Source: Tricharina praecox (Eukaryota). From it: a stretch of 64,000 nt of DNA. This document shows positions 54,575 to 64,000 of this stretch, piece after piece. A program made the position numbers and the translations under genes. The stretch spans positions 1,116,001 to 1,180,000 of the forward strand of contig NW_026250411.1 in NCBI RefSeq assembly GCF_024521635.1, read 5' to 3'. The number at the start of each line of letters is the position of its first letter. The first letter of the stretch is position 1. The notes under the pieces are model-generated. The model did not search any database and had not been told where the DNA came from. It saw only the letters and a program-made list of their open reading frames with translations.

Positions 54575-55390
54575 TCAGGCAGGCTCCCAGTCAGCAGTGA
54601 AAAGCGAATTCATTTCACAAGAACAAGCATCATACCTCCTCCCCCCCCCCTCCCCCCAACGCCGATCCTGTCTACGCCCCGGCACCACCCCCAGCGTAAC
54701 CCACAGTCTCTCATGTTTTAGCAACCTCCTGGCCGCCTTCTCGCCATGATGGTATCCATGTACGACCTCCAGCGCCAACGACCTCTGGCTCTTCTCCGGC
54801 TCGAGTAGCTGTTTATTGAGCAGCTCGAGCACTTGCCGGTGCCATATTTGGTCCTGATAACTGCTGGGTCTCTGATGCGGGGAGCGGAGCTTGGTCTCCA
54901 GTCGGGATCGCGCCGCTTTGAGGGCTGCAATACTGAACGGGTCTGAGTCCGCGTCTGGGTCCGGAGGATCTGGATCGTGGCTGGTGATCAACGGCTCACT
55001 GGCGAATTCGTCCGTCGGTGGCGGCGAATGTGGTGGCGGCGGTGGACTCGCCGGTGGTAACGCTTCCAGCTCTGCCGCGTTTTCTTTTTCTTTTTCTTCC
55101 TAAGCCCGTTCCTGGGCCCGCCGGATCCTCCGTGCCGTCCACCTAGACGTTCCACCCCTCGGACCGATCACTGCCGGCGGTGGTTGACTATCCATACAAG
55201 TATCCTGGGACAGGCTATTGTTATTGAACGGGACAGCTGTCTCCTGCAAAGAGCTATCATCGGATGATGGAGGAGCGTGGACGTCGTCTACTGGAAGAGA
55301 TACAGGAGGAGGTAATCTCTTTCTTTCCCGGTGCTGGACGTGAGATAGAACGTTCACGCGCTGCTGGTGGGATTTGCTTCGGCGGCCCAT
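54575..55390 (-). mobile_element. Probable truncated DNA-transposon ORF relic (N-terminal part only) with an in-frame TAG at 55100-55102
   Basis: Two listed ORFs join into one frame across a single stop. The segment RQVLELLNKQL..RSLALEV..GY.HGEKAARRLLKHERLWV..G.VPGRRQ resembles the HTH-like N-terminal region of fungal Tc1/IS630-like transposases (recognised from memory, not searched). No DDE domain or TIRs were seen. Confidence 0.45.
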
Positions 55391-56503
55391 ATTGAATGAT
55401 ATGAGGTAGTTGGTAGTTGGTAGGAGGTAGTTGGGCAGCTGGGTTCCGCGGTTGGGAAGTGAGAGGTTTTGGGAAATTTGGGGATTCCGATATCCGGATG
55501 AGTACATGTGAGTGAAGATCAGTGGCCATCTCGTGAGAGTTAGGTGCACTCAAGTAGGTATGATTTCCATACAAGACCCGGTGTTTCTTCTTGTAAAAGG
55601 TGAAACATCAACATCGGACTAGGAATCTTAATCTATAGAGAGGTACATACATTGCCCGTGCCTTTTCCACTCCACGGATTTCACATCTGCTGCCGGCTGT
55701 AGAATCGAAAAACGTATGGCCTTTCTTGACCACATGCACCATATCCAGTCCATTCAGTCCACTCAGCTGCTGCTCGGACTCTCCCACCTACCTACGTAAA
55801 GGGTACGTAGCGCAGAGTGATCACAAAATCCACTTCCTACCTACTCCGAGGCAGCTGACGGAGAGGCAACCCCGCGGAAGCAGAAACAATGACGAAATAC
55901 CCACGTTGAACACCGGCGGCATACGGCATCACTCGCCACATCTTCGTCTAGCACGGCACACGCCAAAAACCAGAGCCAGTTTGTAGAGTACCTGCTTTCC
56001 CTTCTGCCGTATCTGCAGTTCTGCGATCGAGAGGCCATGCGGATCTCCGGGCGGTGTACTCGTGGTGGTTGCCTTGGTCCGGACCGGCCAGTTTCGGTCT
56101 GGAGTGGGTTATAGCAAGTGTGGCTGGTGGTACCTATTAGATGAATCTTTGGGTCGATATAGATCTAGATTGGCGACTGGTCACCCGTTTAGTAGTCCTG
56201 TTCGGGAGTGTCTCATCGCGTGGTCGTGCCTGAAGGATGAGATGCAACTAGGAGCACCGCTCATGGTATCCCGCATGTTTTACTGGGTCAATCAATGAGA
56301 TTTGGTTCACAATTCATGGATCATTGATGTCTGGCGGTTATTTAGCTTTTGGTAAAAGTACAAATGAATTCAAGATGAGAGCTCATCCATCCACGATCCG
56401 CGACCACATATATGCAGCCATTCTCTCTCGTGCACACATCAATCCTTTTTTACATTATCCTCGCATGGGATATTTCTCTCCAGGCATTACGTCAACGAAG
56501 CAT

Positions 56504-57468
56504 TTACCGCAGGCCTAACAGCATGCTAGCACCGTTCTGGCCATCCCTTCCGCCACCGGGAAGATAGACGACGTTAGGGTTTGCGCCCAGCGTCTGCGCG
56601 ATCTCCCTCGCGGCCTCGATCCTTCGGATCTGGATCAGCCCGTCACCGGCCTTGTCGACAGCCCTAGAGATAGTCTCGGCGGACTCGGCCTCACCCTCAG
56701 CGCGGATGACGTTCGCCTGACGCTCCTGCTCGGCGCGCTCGACGATGAACCTGGCACGCTCGGCGTCCTGCTGCGCGATCTGCTTCTGCTCGACGGCACG
56801 GGTGAATTCGCGCCCGAACGTCATGTGTGTGATCGAGACGTCCTCCAATGCAATGTTGAATTCCTTGGCGCGCTTGAGGAGTTCGCTGCGGATGCGGTTC
56901 GATACTTGCTCACGCTGTGTGATCAGCTCGGCCGCGTCGAATTGCGCGACGATCGCCTTGAGAACTTCATTGCCGATGGAGGGGAGGACACGCTCGTCGT
57001 AGTCTTGGCCGAGGTTCTAATGGTGAGGTCAGTGGTGGGGGTGGTGGGGGTGGTGGGGGACGGGAATACCTGGTAGATCTTGGGGAGGGCCTGGACGTCG
57101 GGACGGTGGAGGACACGGAGGGTCAAGGAAACCATCTGGAGATCTTTGGAGCCAGTGGTGGTCGAGATGTTCCGGGGTTTCGTGCGGACATCGTAGATGA
57201 TGGCCTTCTGCAACCATGGGACGAGGAGATGGGTACCCTCGTTGATGACCTGGAGGTTACGGCATGTGAATCAGCATGCAGCCCCTCACAGTAATGATCG
57301 CCCGCGGGGAGAATTGCATACAGTCTCTTTCACACCACTCAAACGGTCGAAAATGACGGCCCGGTTGCCTCCCTTGACGTCGTAGAGCGAAGCCTGGAGA
57401 AGCGAAAAGCCGATGGCGGCCGGAACGGCCATCTTCGAGATGAAGCCCAGAGTTTTTCCGCTAGCCAT
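56504..57468 (-). CDS. PHB1: Prohibitin 1; 3 exons
   Basis: [38 protein letters not shown] and [20 protein letters not shown]. Confidence 0.97.
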
Positions 57469-57825
57469 GATTGGTGGTGGAGGAGGTGGTTGATGGGGGA
57501 GAGGTTTGTCGTGGGGCAAAGCTGTCTGTCTGATGTTCCTAGTGGGCTGCAACCGTGGGGAATGTCGTCGTCGATTCCAAAATGTGCCAAGCCGATTGGA
57601 TGAGTAAGACGGTGGGTGATCCCGGCTGCCGACGGCGACGAATAGAAGCCCGTTCTTTTCCGCTCACCCTCTGCTCTTAAACTGGTCGAAACCTTGCTCG
57701 TCGCAACATCCAAGCATCACCACAACTCTCACTACCTCAACACCTCGATCTTTAGTGATCGTGCGACGGTTCATACCGACAACTCTCACTTCCCGCAACT
57801 TCTCTCTCGCAAACCAATCGACACA
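57469..57825. promoter_or_regulatory. Putative bidirectional promoter between PHB1 and QCR8
   Basis: Only 357 bp separate two divergent start codons of mitochondrial inner-membrane genes; a CCAAT box (ATTGG) lies at ~57595. Confidence 0.5.
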
Positions 57826-58285
57826 ATGGGCGGTGGCGGCGGCGGTCCCGGAAAAGTTCCCGGCGTGTTGGTCCACCCTTCCCCGCCAAAGGCCACAGGC
57901 CAAACATCGCACATCTCAAAGCATCAAGTCGCTGACGGAGGTTCACCATAAACAGTTACATCGGATGGTGGGGTAATTTCGGCTCCCTTCCTCAGAAGGG
58001 TGTGACGACATATGTGCTCTCTGGCAACCGTCAGAAGCCCCTCGCCGGCGCTATGCACAACGCCGTCTTCAACTCGTTCAGACGCTTCAAGGGTGCCGTC
58101 CTCTACGTTGTGCCGCCGTTCGTGGCCTACTACTACCTGATGGACTGGGCCGAGAAGAGGTTTGTAGCCCCACACAGCCGGAGGTGCGGGAATTATATGC
58201 TGATGCGCGCGGGGCCAATAGGAACCACTTCCTGAACAGCAAGGAGGGCCGTGCTCTCTACGCCGACGCGGAGAGCGACGATTAG
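57826..58285 (+). CDS. QCR8: Cytochrome bc1 complex subunit 8; 3 exons
   Basis: YIGWWGNFGSLPQKGVTTYVLSGNRQKPLAG..FNSFRRFK...VVPPF...R|NHFLNSKEGR. Confidence 0.95.
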
Positions 58286-59154
58286 ACTGTTGCTGCTGCT
58301 GTCTTGATCTTGAAAGCTTTCGTTTAGAACCGGTTATGCGGGTGCTGCCATTGTTTTTTCGGGCGGGGAATGGAATGATTGCTGGTGCCATTGTACAATA
58401 CCACATTCATTACATGGGATGCGAATACATAGTATCAAGTCTGCATTTTGTGGCCATCGTGAATGGGTAGATGCCGGTGAGGATCGGGTTTGAGATATGA
58501 AGTGGTTCGAGTAGAGGATACTAGTAGAATGGCCTTGTGTGACAGCGGAAGAACAGCCAAACATCCTCATAAACAAGTTTCAGGTGCCGTAGATGCTCGA
58601 CGCCGAATTGCTGGCTGGCTGGCCGTCACGGAGCCCTCCGTCACTGATGCTCACCCCGGCCGAATCGCCCCCGACCTTTTGTGCCGCGATCTCCCAACAC
58701 CGTCAACCGAAAAAAAAAGCTAACCCGCCCGCCCGCTTGGCCGCCCCTCCAACGCTCGCACACATCCCACCCCACCCCACGCTACCCGTACTTCCTTCCG
58801 CGATCATCGTCACATTCCCTTACAATTGCCTCCACCTCCCCAACCATGGTCCTCATCCACAGGGTGCTGCCCACCAGTTCTCTACGCCACCTCTCCACCG
58901 CCACCGGCTGTGCCAAGTCATTCCCGAAATCGTTGCCACCCTTCGTTGTTGCGGCAGCAACCCAAATCCCGCATTCGCTTCCGCTGACTAACGCATCCTT
59001 GCCGCTGCTGCATCCCTCCTTCGGCGCATCCGCATCAGCAGCGCACCTGACCACCACCCACAGCAGCAGCAGCCGCAGCAGCATCTTCACTCCTTCCCTC
59101 CTCCTCCCCCCCAAACCCACCACCACCACCTTCGCTCTCGTAGCGGACGACGAA

Positions 59155-59768
59155 ATGCTCCCCGCCTTCCGCCGCTTGGGTCTCGCCAGCTTCACCAGCT
59201 CCGTCGCTGCCGCCGCCGCCACCCCGCGCACCACCACGCTCCTCGCACGCACCTACAGCAGCAGCTCCCGCAGCCCTGCCGATGGCAGCAGCTCCCGCGC
59301 CGTGCCCCCGGCCGTAGCATCGTCCGGCAGCGGCACCACCCCGCGCACCTCAACAAAACGCCTCCTCTCCGGCGGCGGGATTCCCTTCGTTCCGTCGACG
59401 GACCACCTCCACCCAGCCGGTAGGCCTTCCCCCCCCTCCCATCCGCACACAAACTAACCCCCCCTGGGGCTGTAGACATCGCGCTCTCCACCTTCTTCGC
59501 CGAGCACCGCCCGATCAGCATTGCGCCCACCTCCACGCCTCCGACCGCGATGACGCCTCCGCCGCAGCACATACGCGTAATATCGAAGCACGACCCGTCG
59601 TCGCCGTGGGAGTTTGGAATCCCGTTCCAGCCACCTGGCCCCCCCGAAGAGATGCTCGCAATCTCTGTCAAGAGACAGAGAAAGCTCAAGATGAAGAAAC
59701 ACAAATATAAGAAGCTGATGAAAAAGACGAGGAACGCGAGGAGGAGGATCGAAAGGCAGAAGAACTAG
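59155..59768 (+). CDS. COX24: Mitochondrial small-subunit protein mS38 / Cox24-like (DUF1713); intron ~59420-59476
   Basis: Mitochondrial-type N-terminus MLPAFRRL; C-terminal signature AISVKRQRKLKMKKHKYKKLMKKTRNARRR. Confidence 0.85.
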
Positions 59769-60529
59769 ACGGGGCGGGTCGGGACTTGGATGGGGATAGG
59801 GAGGGGGAGGGGGTGGTGGTGGTGTATATACCGGCAAAGGCGATACGATATGATCGATAGACAGGGCGGGGCGGGGACAGAGGAGGTTGTTTTTGTGATT
59901 CAGGGAGAGAGAGGGGGGGGGGGGGGGGTTCGTGATGAAATTCGTTCGCGGATATATTTTCCCCCTGTGGATTTTCTGGTTTCTTGTTTTCTTTCCTTTT
60001 GCTTCCATTCATTCTTGTCTTTTTAGGTATTTCGATATGATTTTACCCTTTTTTCATTGTTTTCATCATGAGGTTCCGAAGGTCTACCTGTGTTCGTTTG
60101 CTCGATTGCTCGTCCTCGATTTCAAAGCTGTCTGTCTGTTCGCCAGACAGACACCGCATGGAGATACCATACCATACTTCTGCCCTGTATCTACAAACTA
60201 GATCGTGGAGTAGTTGTGGGGCGGACAGCTGTTATCATATCACGCTATCGCAGCATGATTCGTGGCATAACTGCGCTGATGCATATAGACATGTAGTGGT
60301 TATGCCAGGGCACTCGCGTTATGCAAGATAAGGTGATCCCACTCGTCACCACCTCCCCCTTATCACCAACGTCACCACCTCCCATGGCTGGAGCATCATG
60401 AATCACGGGTCGCCTTTTGAATTACCAACAAAGAAAAAAATACACCCTAATAGCCAAACCAGACCAAGTCCCAAACGGAAAAGAAGAAAAAAAGTTCATG
60501 AATCAAAAGAAAAATCTGGATATAAAAAT

Positions 60530-63267
60530 CTAGATGATGTGCTCGAAAGCGCGGTTAACAGGGGAGCGCAGAGGCTTAACGTCCTTCCAGAAATTGATGG
60601 TGGCCAGAGCACGCTTGGAGATACCCGCGGGGGTGAACTCGAACTTCTCGTATACCTCCTTGTAGGGACCGGACGCACCGAAGCGGTTGAGTCCGAAGGT
60701 CCTGAGTTGAATCGTTAGTATGGGATGTTAATATATGGGGGGGATGCTTACTCGTGAGCGTAACGTTCCCATCCGAGGGTGGACAGAGCCTCCACGGAGA
60801 GAGTGGGGATGTTGTCAGGGAGAACGGAAAGCTTGTACTCCTTGGACTGGGCATCGAAGACCTCGCAGCAGGGCATGGAAACGACACGAGCGGTGATGTT
60901 GTGCTTCTCCTTAAGCTCCGTAGCGGCATCAACGGCGATACCGACCTCGGAACCGGTGGAAACGAGGGTGATGTCGGCACCGGGCTTCTCCTCGAGGACG
61001 TATCCTCCCTTGATACCGTTCTCGATGGTGGAACCAACCAGCTGGGGAAGGTTCTGGCGGGAAAGAGCGATGATGGAAGGAGTGTGCTTGGAGGTGAGAG
61101 CGACGTAGTAACAGGCGGACACCTCGTTACCGTCGGCAGGACGCCAGACCATGCAGTTAGGGGTGGCACGGAAGTGGGCGAGCGTCTCAATAGGCTGGTG
61201 AGTGGGTCCGTCCTCACCGAGACCGATCGAGTCGTGGGTGGCAACCCAGATGACGGGGACCTGGGACAGAGCACTCAATCGGACGGCTCCGGCAGCGTAG
61301 GAAACGAAGTTGAGGAAAGTACCACCGAATGGTACGATACCACCGTAGGCAGCGAGACCATTCATGATGGCACCCATGGCGTGCTCACGGACACCGTACC
61401 GAATGTAACGACCACCGTATGTGCCGAGACCGGTGCTCTCGGGCTGGAAGTCTTCGGCGATCTTGGCGCGAGTCAAGTTGGAACCGGTAAGATCGGCAGA
61501 ACCACCGACAAGCTCGGGGAGGACCGAGTAGAGGTTGCCGAGGACGGTCTCGGACAGCTTACGCGAGGCAATCGCCGGGTCGGAGGTCTTGTAGACGGGG
61601 AGGGCCTTCTCCCAGCCCTCGGGAAGGAGACCAGCGAGTCTTCGCTCAAGCTCAGCAGCCTCAGTAGGGAACTCCTTCTTGTAGGCGGCGAAGAGCTTGT
61701 TCCACTCCTCCTCGGCGGCGGCACCGGCGGCAGCAGTCTTTCCGTAGAGGTCGTACACCTCCTGGGGCACAGCGAAGGACTCCTCGGGGTTGAAGCCGAA
61801 CTTCGCCTTGACACTCTTGGCATCGTCGGCCTTGAGGGGGTTTCCGTGAACACCACCGGTTCCCTGCAGCTTGGAGCCGTAACCGATGGTGGTAGTGAGC
61901 TTGATGACGGTAGGCTTGTCGGTGACGGCCTTGGCCTCAGCGATAGCCTTCTCCATGGCCTCGAGGTCCTCATCACCCTTCTCGACGTGGAGGCAGTGCC
62001 AGCCGTAGGCGTCGAATCGCTTCATGACATCCTCAGTGAAGGCGCAGTTGGTGTCACCATCCTAGATGGACTGTCAGTCATGTCCCTTTTTTCCCAACTG
62101 TACATGAGCAATACGTACGATGGAGATGTGGTTATCGTCGTAGATGGCGATCAGCTTGCCGAGCTGCAAGTGACCGGCCTGGGAAGCGGCCTCAGAGGCA
62201 ACACCTTCCATAGCACATCCATCGCCGAAGAAGCAGTAGGTGTAGTTGTCGAACAGCGTGTAACCGGGCTTATTGAAGCGAGCAGCGACGTGCGCCTCGG
62301 CCATGGCGAGACCGACAGCGTTGGCGAAACCCTGACCCAGAGGACCAGTGGTTACTTCAACACCGGGAGTGTCGTGCTGCGTATTGTTTAGCGAAAAATA
62401 TACCACATGCTCTATCATAGGAAACCACATACCGCCTCGGGGTGACCAGGAGTCTTGGATCCGAGTTGCTGTATGCGAGATCAATAAAGTGCATTCAAGA
62501 ACGATGTTTACCATTGCACTTACGCGGAAGTTCCTCAGGTCATCGATGGAGAGATCGTATCCGAACAAGTGCAAGACAGCATACTGCAGCATGCATCCGT
62601 GACCGTTCCTATGGGATCGGCACGTCAGAGCTTTTTCCTCACGTAGCGCGTTGCATTGCATTGCGTTACGCGGCAACGGCTGCCGATAACACCGATAAAC
62701 CCCGCAGTCGGCGGGGTAAGTGGGGCCAACCGGTGGATGGAATGACTGCAGCAGTCGCCGGCGCAAACCCGCATCCACCCAAGCCGGTCTCCGAAATATC
62801 GTTCACCGCAACGCAAGGAGTTTTCGGAGGCAAGAAAACGGACTGGACTACTTACGAGAGGACAAATCTGTCGCGGTTGGCCCAGCTAGGGTTCTTGGGG
62901 TTGAACTTCATGAACCTATGGCGATTCACAGCGTGGTCAGCAAGCCCGAACTACAGATTGATACCGCCAGAAGGAGGTAGGAGTGAAATCGGGGTTTCGT
63001 ACTTGTGGAAGAGAACGTGGGAAATGGGGGCCATTCCCATAGGCGCACCGGGGTGGCCAGAGTTCGCCTTCGATGTAGCATCGACCTGTAGAGATGGACG
63101 TCAGCGATGCTGGTTCTCCTTCGAGGATGAAGACTCAATTGCAAGCCGCAGGACAGGACAAAGACTGTGGCTTGCAATGGCGCCATCTAGGAGAATTGAA
63201 GGGCAGAACATACGGCGAGCACCCGGATGGAGTTGATGGCGAGCTGGTCCACGTTTCCGTAAGTCAT
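60530..63267 (-). CDS. TKL1: Transketolase; multi-exon
   Basis: [45 protein letters not shown] and [18 protein letters not shown]. Confidence 0.98.
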
Positions 63268-64000
63268 GATGGAATGAATGTCTTCTGCGGAATCGAAGGG
63301 GTGATGTTCAAGTGAAAGAGACGGCACAGAGAAGGTGGGGGGTCTTGAAGGCTTTAAGAGGTCGAGGTGCCGTTCGGTCGTCTTGGTAAGGGAACAAGTT
63401 AGAGAAGAGTGTCCAGGGCGGGCAAGGAGGAGGGGCTGACGGCTTGCTAGGATGCGGGACTAATAGAAAACCCCCGCCGGGCGAACACCAAAAGCTTACG
63501 AAACGGAACGACCACCACCAACAGCAACTCTGCCATCTGCCATGAGGTTCCAGCAATGTTCTTAGGCCCGGATGATGGTATAAGCCCCCTCCCCACCCTC
63601 GTTTTCGGGCGTGGCATAAGTACATATCCACTCGCATCGTGCTTCCTCCGCCTGTGTACCTGTGGAGAGCATCCGCATGTCGTATTTTACCGGATTACGG
63701 TCTCAGGAGGGAGGGTCGGACTCCTCACGGCCGCACGCACGCAGGTGCTCGCGATACCTGGTCACGATGCTCGCGTTTGACACTCGTCCGTAACGACTAC
63801 ATACACGCTTCAGAGCTGTTTCTCGGGTCAATTGCCCTTGAATGAGCCTCCTCCTCTAGTCGTCGTTGGTTTTGATAGTGTCAGAAAGACTATATGATCG
63901 ATAGGTGCTCTCATTTAACCAGATGGGCGTGTTCTGGAGTAGATATCAGCCAGCTCTTTTCCTCTCCGGATCTATGTGTAGAGTAGCAAGTAAGTGCTCT

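Noticed and set aside
58681..59154. Long N-terminal extension of the COX24-like ORF
   Set aside because: Low-complexity 5' region; the ATG at 59155 gives a typical mitochondrial targeting peptide.
60754..62391. 545-aa plus-strand ORF (likewise 50176-51228 minus and others)
   Set aside because: Antisense shadows of the strongly codon-biased TKL1 and ARP2 genes.

Overview
Eukaryotic DNA from a filamentous ascomycete, judged from short GT-AG introns with CTAAC/CTGAC branch sites and Pezizomycotina-type genes; Pezizales is plausible but not provable from the sequence. The left ~44 kb is gene-sparse and repeat-rich. It holds two inverted, degenerate copies of a 1.4-2.3 kb repeat bracketing an F-box gene, a four-unit tandem array, three identical tRNA-Lys(CTT) genes, a group II G-alpha, spermidine synthase, an NmrA-like reductase, a DUF676 lipase, an orphan nuclear-type protein and a small secreted Cys-rich protein. 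The right ~20 kb is a dense housekeeping block (MFS transporter, SSN3/CDK8, ARP2, EamA transporter, PHB1, QCR8, COX24/mS38-like, TKL1) with one probable transposase relic. Three candidates for undescribed biology stand out. (1) Two paralogous, disrupted Cys/His-rich genes each start 140-220 bp from a tRNA-Lys gene, suggesting a tRNA-linked mobile or selfish gene family. (2) Spermidine synthase has a 427-nt intron with tandem in-frame donors and a multi-stem, alternatively pairing RNA structure. (3) All three tRNAs have leader/trailer inverted repeats, with a compensatory indel in one copy. All gene models were spliced by eye and no database searches were run.
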